Part shown: positions 32,745-42,338 of the stretch, in pieces
How positions within the stretch are numbered: position 1 is the stretch's first letter
Layout of the letters: each line of letters starts with the position of its first letter
Made by a program: the position numbers and the translations under genes
The notes under the pieces: model-generated
What the model saw: only the letters and a program-made list of their open reading frames with translations
Told to the model about the DNA's origin: nothing
Database searches by the model: none
NCBI GenBank assembly: GCA_963777955.1
Contig: CAVZSQ010000018.1
Coordinates: forward strand, 32,001 to 96,000
From: Calditrichia bacterium
GTDB lineage: Bacteria; Calditrichota; Calditrichia; JAJRVZ01
DNA length: 64,000 nucleotides
Direction of reading: 5' to 3'

Positions 32745-32951
32745 TCAATCGAGTACTCTGAATCCGACTTTTAAAATTACCTGATATTCGTCGATCTGGC
32801 CGTCTTTAATCCCGCCCCGCATCTGGATCACTTCAAACCAACTCATTCCTTTTACGGTCTCGGCTGCCTGTTTAATGGCTGCCTTGGCAGCGTCGTCATA
32901 ACCGACTTTCGATGTGCCGACCAGTTCAATTATTTTAAAAACCTTTTCCAT
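32745..32951 (-). CDS. Dodecin family flavin-binding protein
   Basis: KIIELVGTS, WFEV...RG, YQVILKVGFR. Confidence 0.9.
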   Translation of the reverse strand: MEKVFKIIELVGTSKVGYDDAAKAAIKQAAETVKGMSWFEVIQMRGGIKDGQIDEYQVILKVGFRVLD

Positions 32952-33013
32952 ATTTTTGTCCTCACCTGCGAATAAATTTAGTTAATATGTTTTTTTAAAT
33001 CAACATCTTTAAT

Positions 33014-33165
33014 AAGGGACAAAGAGACAAAGAGACAAAGAGACAAAGAGTCAAAGTAACACTTTAGAAAGATAGCACTTTAATTCATTAGTACCTTTAT
33101 TGCTGAGTAATCAGGTACTGTTATTCTTCACTTTGTCTCTTTGTCCCTCTGTCCCTTTGTCTCTT
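33014..33165. repeat. Octamer tandem array (AGAGACAA) in inverted arrangement
   Basis: About 5 units at 33014-33056 and the reverse complement at 33131-33165. Confidence 0.9.
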
Positions 33166-33838
33166 ATTTATTTATCCCCAGCAACTCTTTGGTTTTGATT
33201 ACAGCCTGGGATGCATCAGGGGCATAACCTTGCGCGCCGATCTGCGTGGCAAAAGTCTGGGTAACGGGTGCTCCCCCGATTATAACTTTATTTTTTATAC
33301 CTTTACTCTGCAACAATTCGATTACATCCTTCATTTTACCCATGGTGATGGTAAGCAAAGCAGACATACCGACCAGGGCCTCGGGATGTTTCTGGGCTGC
33401 CTGCAGAAACTTTTCAGGTGGCGTATTGATGCCCAGATCAATAACTTCAAATCCGGCGCCTTCCAGCATCATGCCCACCAGGTTTTTGCCGATATCATGC
33501 ATGTCACCCTGCACTGTACCGAGAATTACCTTACCGACCGTCAAGGCTTCTGTGCTGGTCAGATGTGGACTCAGAATGGCCAGGCCCGCCTTCATTGCTT
33601 TGGCTGAAAACAGCATCTCCGGAACAAAATATTCACCTTTGGAAAATTTCTCCCCAACGACATCCATGCCGGCAATTAAGCCCTGATGCAGAACAACTGC
33701 TAAATCCAGTTTTTGCTCAACTGCCTGTCGGACCAGTTCTTCAACGCCCGGCTTTCCCTCCAGCTCGGTCGGATATCTGGATTGAGCATTTATATGTCCC
33801 ATGATCACAACTTCTTTAATCTGCTGCAATAATGACAT
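33164..33838 (-). CDS. Corrinoid (B12-binding) protein, MtaC-like
   Basis: GMDVVGEKF..GEYFVPEM cap domain; GDMHDIGKNLV (DxHxxG), MSALLT, IGGAPV. Confidence 0.9.
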   Translation of the reverse strand: MSLLQQIKEVVIMGHINAQSRYPTELEGKPGVEELVRQAVEQKLDLAVVLHQGLIAGMDVVGEKFSKGEYFVPEMLFSAKAMKAGLAILSPHLTSTEALTVGKVILGTVQGDMHDIGKNLVGMMLEGAGFEVIDLGINTPPEKFLQAAQKHPEALVGMSALLTITMGKMKDVIELLQSKGIKNKVIIGGAPVTQTFATQIGAQGYAPDASQAVIKTKELLGINK

Positions 33839-33860
33839 ACAATTCCCCTCTTTTTTATTG

Positions 33861-35234
33861 TTAGAATCCATATTCTTTAGGATCAAATTTTAATCCGGCG
33901 CTGCTGCTGATAATATCCTGCAGTAATTTCGTTTCATCATCGGCGATCGTTTCCCGCTGCATCATCAGCATATCCAGCCAGCGTAATTCGGTGCCGGAAA
34001 GGATGATCTCTTTTTGTTTCACCGCTGCACGCAGGATGTCCAGAGTAGCATCCACCGCAGCCAGGGTCATCTGCAATGGAGTTTTTTGCCGGATTATTTT
34101 TTCACTGATACTGATTACAATCTCCGGTTGCAGAATGTAGGCCTGCGGATCGTAAGCCGCATCGCTGTTGCTCAATAATTTTTGCAGGGTCAGTGCCGTC
34201 GCCTTTCCGCTGCGTAAGGCTTCGTTCATTAACCGGCAATCGTAAATCAACTGTTCCAGACATACTACCGGTGCGGAAGCACTCAGCAAACGGACGTTCT
34301 GTACGGATTCATTGCTCCATAGATCGCAGCAGGCCGAGGCGATATTTCCCAGCGGACTCAGATGAGCGCAGGCGCTGGATTTTCCTTCCATGGATATCGG
34401 TATGCCGGTGATTGCTTTAAGAAACGGACCTTCATAGCCGCAGTCTTTGGTGGGGCCTGTAGCCCCCTGCCAGCAGGCTACTAGACTGCGTACTATCGAA
34501 GCCGAGCGAACTACGGCAGCCAGCACGCGGGGAATCATTTTTTTCTCGGCCAGCACCATTGCCGTGTTGGCGAATCCGCAGGCCGTATCGCCGGAAGCAA
34601 TTATTTTATTCTGCCGGGCTATATCGACTATATGTTTCCACAGGAATTCCATGTCCCGCACACCCAGAACACCCAAGGCAAAAACGATTCCCTTCAGATC
34701 ACCGCTGACCAGCATTTCATCGTGCAATTCCTTACCCCCGGTCGATTCTATGGCCAGTAAATCCGCACCGGCCTGGGCGCAAAGCCGGAAAGATTCCGTT
34801 ATCTTTTCCCACATCAATCCATTACGCAGCCGGGGGGGACGGTTTTCCTCACGTATATCCACCGGTGTAACCCGTAAAGCTGAATGTAATTTTTCCTTAT
34901 GATAATACTGATCAAGGGTATTCTTAATTATCCCGGTGATCTCGGCCCCCCAGCCCGGATTAACGGTCATGGGCGGCAATAGTTCAAATTCCACAACCAG
35001 TCCGGGACAATATAATTCAACTGCGCGCTGACAAATTTCACTGATCATCGTCTGGTATTGGCCACGGATCTGGGACCAGGTCCCGGCATTGATATCAATG
35101 GGTGGCAGAGTAAAATTAATTTCGGGGAATACCTGGCCGGCACCGATGGTCAAATCGTAACCACAGTGGACAGGTTTGCACGCTGTTCCGAATAGAAGAT
35201 CATCCGCTTTCTTAATTGCTAATGTAGTAGGCAT
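33861..35234 (-). CDS. mtaB: Methanol:corrinoid methyltransferase (MtaB family)
   Basis: IESTGGKE, GDTACGFANTAM, GPTKDCGYEG, EGKSSACAH, DLWSNES, YDCRLMN; coupled to a corrinoid protein gene. Confidence 0.82.
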   Translation of the reverse strand: MPTTLAIKKADDLLFGTACKPVHCGYDLTIGAGQVFPEINFTLPPIDINAGTWSQIRGQYQTMISEICQRAVELYCPGLVVEFELLPPMTVNPGWGAEITGIIKNTLDQYYHKEKLHSALRVTPVDIREENRPPRLRNGLMWEKITESFRLCAQAGADLLAIESTGGKELHDEMLVSGDLKGIVFALGVLGVRDMEFLWKHIVDIARQNKIIASGDTACGFANTAMVLAEKKMIPRVLAAVVRSASIVRSLVACWQGATGPTKDCGYEGPFLKAITGIPISMEGKSSACAHLSPLGNIASACCDLWSNESVQNVRLLSASAPVVCLEQLIYDCRLMNEALRSGKATALTLQKLLSNSDAAYDPQAYILQPEIVISISEKIIRQKTPLQMTLAAVDATLDILRAAVKQKEIILSGTELRWLDMLMMQRETIADDETKLLQDIISSSAGLKFDPKEYGF

Positions 35235-35422
35235 TTTAATTTCCCTGGCTAAATCCCCATGCATCCGTACAATCAATCGCTTAATCTAAAAATAAAAAAA
35301 AATGTAATTTCTTACACTATAAATTTTGTAAATATTGCAAAAAACTTTTAAGACTCACACAAAATTCTTTTGGCAATTAAAGACGATTTATGTATGTTTT
35401 ACAATAATCAGCGAGGATGGAT

Positions 35423-36815
35423 ATGTTTAAATCTACTATTTATTCGAGACGCCGTCTCCTGCTTAAAAAGAGGATGAAAACCGGCCTGTTGCTTTTCCTG
35501 GGCAATGAAGAAAGTCCGATGAATTATGCGGCAAATGGTTATCGTTTTCGCCAGGATAGTACTTTCCTGTACTATTTTGGTCTGGCCGAACCGGGGCTGG
35601 CAGCCGTGATCGATCTGGATGCAGATCAGGAGACTCCTCTTCGGCAATGATCTTGAGCTGGATGATATTATCTGGATGGGTAATCTGCCGGCCATGAGCG
35701 AGAAAACCAGGCAGATAGGAGTTAAACAACATCGACCTCTGAACCGCATGCCGGAATTTTTAGCCAGCGCGGTTAAACAGGGCCGCAAAATTCATTATCT
35801 GCCCCCGTACCGCAGCGAACATTATTTGAAAATAAACAATTTGCTGGGTATACGGGTGCAAGCGGTTAAAAATTATGCATCTGTGGATTTTATTAAAGCG
35901 GTGGTAGCCCAGCGAAATATCAAAAGTAAAGAGGAAATTGCGCAGATTGAGCAAGCTCATGCCATAACATATCAGATGCATGTAACCGCGATGCGTAAAG
36001 CCAGGCCGGGGATATATGAACGCGATCTGGCCGGTGAAATTGAAGGGCTGGCTCTGGCGGGGGGCGGGACCGTGGCCTTCCCGGTTATTCTATCGGTCAG
36101 AGGAGAAATTCTGCACAACCACTATCATGGCCAGCGCTTGAAGGCCGGTCAGTTGGTGGTTAATGATTCCGGCGCGGAAACAGAGCTGGGTTATGCTGCC
36201 GATATCACCCGGACTTTTCCGGTCAGCGGCAGGTTCACCGCTCAGCAGGCCGATATTTATAATCTGGTACTCAAGGCGCAACTGGCAGCAATCCAGGCTA
36301 TCCGTCCCGGCAAAAAATATTATGACATCCATAAACTGGTCTGCCGTATTTTCGCAGCAGGATTAAAGGATCTTAAATTGATGCGGGGAGACTGTGACGA
36401 GGCAGTGCAGCAGGGTGCCCATGCGCTGTTTTTTCCGCATGGCCTGGGACACATGCTCGGTTTGGATGTTCATGATATGGAGAATCTTGGTGAAATTTAT
36501 GTCGGCTATGATGGACAACTCAAACGCAGCGGGCAATTTGGCCTGGCCTATCTGCGCCTGGCCCGTAAACTGGAACCCGGATTTGTGTTGACCGTCGAAC
36601 CGGGTCTTTATTTCATCCCGGCGTTGATTAAACAATGGAAGTCGGAAAAAAGATTTGTTAATTTTATTAATTATCAGCAAGTCGAAAAATTTCTGAATTT
36701 TGGCGGTATCCGCATCGAAGATAATGTTCTGGTTACCGGTCAGGGTCGGCGGATCCTGGGAAAACCAATCCCCAAAGAAATAAAAGAATTGGAAAATATT
36801 ATAGGTAAAGGCTGA
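35423..36815 (+). CDS. pepP: Xaa-Pro aminopeptidase, frameshifted near 35636
   Basis: FRQDSTFLYYFG in the first frame; DSGAE..YAADITRT, HGLGH..GLDVHD, VEPGLY, GIRIEDN in the second. Confidence 0.88.
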
Positions 36816-37780
36816 TGCAGTTTCAGATCCCTGAATTAAAAAAATACAGATATGCCGCCGGCAGTCCGGCGATCTTTTTATTTTTTATCTGTTTTTTACT
36901 TGGTGTACGACTGGACAAATTGCCGGCTGCCGACACGGAATTGACCATCATCTATTCCAACAATACCAACGGATTGCTGGAAAATTGCCAGTGTCCGGAG
37001 CACGCCTACGGAGCCCTGGAAAAACGGGCCGCCGTAATTGACAGCATGCGCCGCGGCCATAAAAACGTACTGGTACTGGATTCGGGCGACCTGCTCGATA
37101 TCCGTAAAAACAGTTTATTGCATTCCTATGTAATTCAGGCCTATGAAGTAATGAAATATGATGCCTGGACTTGCGGTGATCAGGATTTTATGGAGGGGGC
37201 CGGTTTTTTTAAGCGCATGCTCAACAACCCCGAATTTCCACCGTTGCTGTGCACAAACATCATGCAACTGCAGATGCCCGGCAACAGCGCCATCGGCCAA
37301 AAATATCTGATAAAAAAATATGGACGATTACGCATCGGTATTACCGGGACTATTAATCAAGATTTCCATAAATACCTGGAAAAGGACTCACAGGCGGAAT
37401 TTATGTTTACCGGGCAAAAATCTGCTCTGCAGGCTGTACTGACCGAGCTGAAACCTCAGTGTGATTTTATTGTGCTGATATCTCACAGCGGCTTTGAACA
37501 GGATAAAAAACTGGCCGAATGGTTCCCGATGATCAATGTAATCATTGGCGGACATTCGCAGACTGTAATAGCCGAAACTTATTTGTCCGGCAAGACCTGC
37601 ATCGTTCAGTGCGGAGAAAACGGCTACCGTCTGGGTATATTAACTCTGCATTTTACGGATCAGCAACTGACTGAACAGGAAAATAAACTCATTCTGCTGG
37701 ATGCCGGGATCGGAAATTCTGCGGTTGTGCTGGAACTGATTACATCCTATCATCAGCAGTTAGCAAAAAAGAAGCATTGA
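36815..37780 (+). CDS. Exported metallophosphoesterase / 5'-nucleotidase N-terminal-domain-like (UshA-like) protein
   Basis: Signal-like N-terminus; NG.LENCQC...GALEKR, LDSGD, SHSG, IGGHS. Confidence 0.7.
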   Translation: MQFQIPELKKYRYAAGSPAIFLFFICFLLGVRLDKLPAADTELTIIYSNNTNGLLENCQCPEHAYGALEKRAAVIDSMRRGHKNVLVLDSGDLLDIRKNSLLHSYVIQAYEVMKYDAWTCGDQDFMEGAGFFKRMLNNPEFPPLLCTNIMQLQMPGNSAIGQKYLIKKYGRLRIGITGTINQDFHKYLEKDSQAEFMFTGQKSALQAVLTELKPQCDFIVLISHSGFEQDKKLAEWFPMINVIIGGHSQTVIAETYLSGKTCIVQCGENGYRLGILTLHFTDQQLTEQENKLILLDAGIGNSAVVLELITSYHQQLAKKKH

Positions 37781-37877
37781 CATTTCACCGGCCGGCAATA
37801 AAAAATGTGAAACTTATGCCAAAAATTGTTAAGTTAGGTTAGTATTATTTATTAATAACCAGAGATAAGGACACCGC

Positions 37878-37976
37878 ATGGGAAAACAATATAATGCCCG
37901 GGAAAAGAAAAAACGTCGTGTTAGTTGGATAAGACGGAAACGGGCAGCTGCTAAAACGGCAAAAAAAAGTAAATAA
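37878..37976 (+). CDS. Putative 32-aa highly basic mini-protein
   Basis: MGKQYNAREKKKRRVSWIRRKRAAAKTAKKSK*; AAGGA RBS 6 nt upstream; lies in an otherwise empty AT-rich gap. Confidence 0.6.
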   Translation: MGKQYNAREKKKRRVSWIRRKRAAAKTAKKSK

Positions 37977-38117
37977 ATTATTTATAATCCAACCAAAGCT
38001 GAATCTTACCGTATAATTATTTAAGTATTATTCATTAATATTTTAAATTATGAATCCTGAGGGCTAATCGCGAAGGATTCGGGTTGTTTGATTTAAAAAT
38101 ATGAGAAGGATTCAGCC

Positions 38118-38762
38118 ATGAAAGTAATTTTCCTGATCGTTGCCAGTGTAATTCTTTTTATATCCTTATTCACAGGTTGTGGTGATCTGGGAGTTAATCG
38201 CACCATTCAGATCGCCGATGGAGAAAGACATCAAGGGGATCTGAATTCGGTCAATGGTGCGATCATCATCGGCAGGAATTGCGAGATTAGCGGCGGTTGC
38301 CGAACCGTAAATGGCGGGATTGAGGTAAAGGAATCGGCCGCCGTCGAGGATTTGCAGACTATCAATGGTTCAATTTCGCTGGCAGAAAAAGTCCAGGTAC
38401 TTGGTGAAGTAAACACAGTCAATGGTTCGATCGATTGCCAGCAGGGCGTGACGGTAAAAGATGAGATCAGCACCATGAACGGGGATATCAATCTGAATAA
38501 TAGTACGGTTAAATATAATGTCCAGACTGCCAATGGGGATATAACGCTTCATAATAAAAGCAGGGTTGAAGGGGATATAGTTATCCGTCCACGGCGTGGA
38601 TTCTCCTCTGGTAATCCAGCCCTTAACATCATCATCAGCGACAGTTCTGTTGTGGCCGGCAATATTATTAATCGTGATAAGGACAGGACGGTTAACGTAA
38701 TCCTGAGCAGCGGCGGGCAGGTTAAAGGCCATGTTCAGAATGTCCAGATAATCGAGCAGTAG
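38118..38762 (+). CDS. Lipoprotein with beta-solenoid repeats (DUF4097/adhesin-like)
   Basis: Lipobox FTGC; repeated (T/S)xNGxI motif about every 17 aa. Confidence 0.7.
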   Translation: MKVIFLIVASVILFISLFTGCGDLGVNRTIQIADGERHQGDLNSVNGAIIIGRNCEISGGCRTVNGGIEVKESAAVEDLQTINGSISLAEKVQVLGEVNTVNGSIDCQQGVTVKDEISTMNGDINLNNSTVKYNVQTANGDITLHNKSRVEGDIVIRPRRGFSSGNPALNIIISDSSVVAGNIINRDKDRTVNVILSSGGQVKGHVQNVQIIEQ

Positions 38763-38803
38763 ATTGCCGGACTCAAAATTATTGAGGGTATTCGATTCCT
38801 GGT

Positions 38804-39361
38804 TTAAAATCCGAAATTAACGCCGGCGCTGAAGATACTCCAGGCGTCGTCGCTTACATCAAATTCCAGTTCAATTAATAAGGCCACGTTCGATTTTAAA
38901 CCGATTTCGACACCGAGAGGTAACCAGACCGGCACCCGGGTGTCTTTTTCATCCCGGATTTCTACAAAATTGATATCCATGTCCAGGCCTGTGTAAATAT
39001 TGATCTGCCTGCTGGCCGGGAAGGTCAGATTGAGAGTTCCGTCCAAACCCAGATCATTGAATACATGGGCGCCGGCTGCCAGCGAAATAGCAGGCTTGCC
39101 ACCTTTTAACATCCATTCCACATTGGCGCCAAAATAAGTTTCAAAATAACCCAGACCCAGCCGTAAACCCAGGTCGGTCCCGGTACCGAGACCGTATCCA
39201 CCGGTGACAAATATACCAAGATCATCGTTTTCATAGTCTGTTAAAAATGCTCCCAGATTCATTTTACCTGAACGCAGAGTCCAGGCATTCTCCAGTACCT
39301 GTGCCGGTAATATAACCGCTGACATCAGTGTGAGTAAAGTAACTGCCATTTTCACTTTCAT
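38804..39361 (-). CDS. Putative outer-membrane protein
   Basis: Signal peptide ending LPA-Q; alternating strands; C-terminal GVNFGF; GAGGGAG RBS. Confidence 0.6.
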   Translation of the reverse strand: MKVKMAVTLLTLMSAVILPAQVLENAWTLRSGKMNLGAFLTDYENDDLGIFVTGGYGLGTGTDLGLRLGLGYFETYFGANVEWMLKGGKPAISLAAGAHVFNDLGLDGTLNLTFPASRQINIYTGLDMDINFVEIRDEKDTRVPVWLPLGVEIGLKSNVALLIELEFDVSDDAWSIFSAGVNFGF

Positions 39362-39371
39362 GCCGACTCCC

Positions 39372-39920
39372 TCATATAATTTGTTGAACGACCAGGCTCT
39401 GTCCAAACTGAAATGCTTTAATATTCAGCTCTTCGGTCCCTTTGGGTACCCGGGTACGGATCGCTTTGATAATTGCTTCCTCGGCGATCACTCCGGCCAG
39501 TTTTTCAATGGCACCCAGGGCTATGATATTGGCCACGATCTTCCGTCCCATTTTTTCCTCGGCCAGGGTTGAAATGGGATAACTGTACACTTTAAAGTTC
39601 CCGGACGGAACGTTGCGGATAAAACTGGAATCGATCAGGATGATACCGCCCGGTTTGATATCTTTGCCATATTTATCGGCCGCTTCCTGGGTCATAGCCA
39701 GCAGCAGGTCAATCTGCGTTGCTTTGGGATAGTCGATGTCCCCATCACTGATAATAACTTCCGAACGGCTTGCTCCGCCGCGAGCCTCCGGTCCGTAGGA
39801 CTGACTCTGTGTGGCATTCTTCTGATCATAAATTGCAGCGGCTTCTGCTAATATTTTTCCCACCAGGATTAAACCCTGGCCGCCTGCACCGCTTAGCCGT
39901 ATTTCATAACGAAAACTCAT
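39372..39920 (-). CDS. korC: 2-oxoacid:ferredoxin oxidoreductase gamma subunit
   Basis: EIRLSGAGGQG, SYGPEARGGASRSEV. Confidence 0.9.
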   Translation of the reverse strand: MSFRYEIRLSGAGGQGLILVGKILAEAAAIYDQKNATQSQSYGPEARGGASRSEVIISDGDIDYPKATQIDLLLAMTQEAADKYGKDIKPGGIILIDSSFIRNVPSGNFKVYSYPISTLAEEKMGRKIVANIIALGAIEKLAGVIAEEAIIKAIRTRVPKGTEELNIKAFQFGQSLVVQQII

Positions 39921-39928
39921 ACCGGACC

Positions 39929-40747
39929 CTATCCATTATATCTTTTTTGTGCTTGGGAAGTAAATTTTTCATAGGTGCTTATATATTCAGGTAATTCCCG
40001 GTCGGCCAGGACACCTATAATGGTCTTACCCTGCAATTTTTCCGGGGGCATCGATTTGGCCTGTTCGATACGCACCGCCTGGTTTTTCTGATCCAGGATC
40101 AATTGCGCGCCATTTCCTTTTTTATTGATTTTACCGTAAGCGGTAGGACAGGGTGACAGGATTTCGACCAGGGAAAATCCCTTTTTGGTCAAGGCCTGTT
40201 CTATTATGCGTTCCAGAAATTTAGCATGATAGACGGTGGATCGGGCCACAAAGGAAGCACCGGCGGCAATAACCAATCCGGCGATATCAAACGTATTCTC
40301 CAAACCTCCATAGGGAGCAGTGGTAGCCAAATCGCCCATCGGTGTGGTCGGTGACACCTGGCCGCCGGTCATACCATAGATAAAATTGTTGTAGAGCAAT
40401 ACGGTAAGGTCAATATTACGGCGGGCGGCGTGTATCAGATGATTACCCCCGATGGCTGTGGCATCGCCGTCACCCGTAACCACGATGACATGCAGGTCCG
40501 ATCGGGCCATTTTAAGTCCGGTAGCAAAGGCAATTGCCCGGCCATGAGTAGTATGCAGGGTGTTAAAATCAACATAGCCGGGAGTACGGCTGGAACAACC
40601 GATACCGGAGACCATGGCGATCTTATTCTTATCCCAACCCAGATTATCCACTGCCCGTAGAATAGCTTTCAGGGCAATTCCATCTCCGCAGCCTTCACAC
40701 CAGATATGTGGAAATTTATCTATGCGCAGGTATTCATTATAATCCAT
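39929..40747 (-). CDS. korB: 2-oxoacid:ferredoxin oxidoreductase beta subunit
   Basis: WCEGCG, SGIGCS, GDGD TPP motif, YGMTGGQ, SPCP. Confidence 0.92.
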   Translation of the reverse strand: MDYNEYLRIDKFPHIWCEGCGDGIALKAILRAVDNLGWDKNKIAMVSGIGCSSRTPGYVDFNTLHTTHGRAIAFATGLKMARSDLHVIVVTGDGDATAIGGNHLIHAARRNIDLTVLLYNNFIYGMTGGQVSPTTPMGDLATTAPYGGLENTFDIAGLVIAAGASFVARSTVYHAKFLERIIEQALTKKGFSLVEILSPCPTAYGKINKKGNGAQLILDQKNQAVRIEQAKSMPPEKLQGKTIIGVLADRELPEYISTYEKFTSQAQKRYNG

Positions 40748-40750
40748 GTT

Positions 40751-41884
40751 TTATATGCACTCCTTAATTTTTGCCAGTATTTCCTGAGGATCAATAGGAT
40801 CTCCGGTAATACGGTTTACTCTCAGAACTTCAACCTGTCCACGGACAGCATGTTCCACCTCGTGGGCAATCTGTCCCAGATTCATTTCCGGTACGATAAT
40901 ATGCGAAAGCTGTTTACCGAATTTATATATGGCGCCGGTAGGGAAGGGCCAGAGAGTTTGAATACGCAGCATGCCGACCGGGATTCCCTCAGCCCGGGCT
41001 GCCCGCATGGCATAGCGGGCTGAGCGGGCGCTGGAACCGTAGGCTACCAGTCCGATCTTCGCGTCAACGGTGTCGGTTTCTTCATATTGCAGGATTTCGT
41101 CCTGGTATTTTTCCAATTTATGATTTAAGCGTAGTAACATAGACTCGATCGTATTGGAATCATTGGTGGGAAAACCTGTTTCGTCATGAATTAGACCGGT
41201 AACATGATAACGGTATCCGTCGCCGAAATTAGCCATGGGCGGAATCATGCTTTCATCATTAACATACGGCAAATATTTTTCGGGTGGCATGTCCGGTTTC
41301 TTACGATTAATAATGGATAGTGTGGTTGGATCAGGCAACTCGACTTTTTCATACACATGTCCGATGATTTCATCCAGCAGAAGAATTACCGGTACACGGT
41401 ATTTTTCGGACATATTAAAGGCCTGTACGGTCATATAATAAGTTTCAGTAACACTGGCCGGAGTAAGAACAATAATGGGGTGATCACCATGGGTTCCCCA
41501 GCGGGCCTGCATTACATCGGACTGAGAGGGCAGGGTAGGCAGTCCGGTACTGGGCCCCCCGCGCATTACGTTGACCACAACTACCGGTACCTCGGTGATA
41601 CAGGCATATCCGATATTTTCCTGTTTTAATGAAAAACCAGGTCCGCTGGTTGCCGTCAGCGATTTAACTCCACCCAGGGAGGCACCGATGATCGCACCCA
41701 TAGCAGCGATCTCATCCTCCATCTGAATAAAACGTCCACCCACTTCCGGCAATCTCTTACTCAAATGTTCGGCTATTTCAGATGAAGGGGTAATAGGATA
41801 ACCGGCATAAAAACGGCATCCGGCGTCAATGGCTGCTTCGGCAACAGCGATGTTACCCTGCATCATGGATATTCTTTTAGGCAT
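40751..41884 (-). CDS. korA: 2-oxoacid:ferredoxin oxidoreductase alpha subunit
   Basis: YAGYPITPSSE, QMEDE, TSGPG, RGGPSTGLPT, EMNLGQ. Confidence 0.92.
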   Translation of the reverse strand: MPKRISMMQGNIAVAEAAIDAGCRFYAGYPITPSSEIAEHLSKRLPEVGGRFIQMEDEIAAMGAIIGASLGGVKSLTATSGPGFSLKQENIGYACITEVPVVVVNVMRGGPSTGLPTLPSQSDVMQARWGTHGDHPIIVLTPASVTETYYMTVQAFNMSEKYRVPVILLLDEIIGHVYEKVELPDPTTLSIINRKKPDMPPEKYLPYVNDESMIPPMANFGDGYRYHVTGLIHDETGFPTNDSNTIESMLLRLNHKLEKYQDEILQYEETDTVDAKIGLVAYGSSARSARYAMRAARAEGIPVGMLRIQTLWPFPTGAIYKFGKQLSHIIVPEMNLGQIAHEVEHAVRGQVEVLRVNRITGDPIDPQEILAKIKECI

Positions 41885-41895
41885 ATTTCTGAACC

Positions 41896-42120
41896 TCACT
41901 CCGCCACGATCTTTTTCTTTTCAGGCGGATGAACGACAATGGCAAAATCCGGACATAAAAGTTCGCACAACAAACAGCCGGTGCAGAGATCATTATCCTT
42001 AACTTTGGCCACAAAATCTTTCATTTCGAATACATCTTTAGGACAAACCTCAACACAGATTTTGCACCCCTTACACCAACTTTCGTTTACTTCAACCCGC
42101 GCCGCATTACTCATCCACAT
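41896..42120 (-). CDS. korD: Ferredoxin-like delta subunit of 2-oxoacid:ferredoxin oxidoreductase
   Basis: WCKGCKICVEVCP and CTGCLLCELLCPDFAI; first gene of the kor operon. Confidence 0.88.
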   Translation of the reverse strand: MWMSNAARVEVNESWCKGCKICVEVCPKDVFEMKDFVAKVKDNDLCTGCLLCELLCPDFAIVVHPPEKKKIVAE

Positions 42121-42267
42121 CTTCCTTATACTAGGTCCGGCAATTGATTGATTGCCACAGTTATCTAGTTTAACGATTTTTTAATTTAATAAATGCCCTA
42201 TTTGATTGCAAAAATTTGAAGTGAAATTTATGGATTAAAACCGCACAAATAGAGTGAAATGCATATG

Positions 42268-42308
42268 AAAAAAAAGGGATAATCAGGAATTGAATTCCTG
42301 ATTATCCC
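42268..42308 (-). terminator. Intrinsic terminator of the OmpA-family gene
   Basis: Long perfect stem GGGATAATCAGGAATT/AATTCCTGATTATCCC followed on the minus strand by T8. Confidence 0.85.
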
Positions 42309-42338
42309 CGGTACTGAACAGAATAAATCTAAGTAATA

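Noticed and set aside
33014..33165. Octamer arrays as a CRISPR array
   Set aside because: Units are 8 nt and contiguous, with no unique spacers and no cas genes in the window
33861..37780. Pyrrolysine or selenocysteine recoding in the methyltransferase or UshA-like gene
   Set aside because: No in-frame TAG/TGA; the CxC motif uses TGC and TGT
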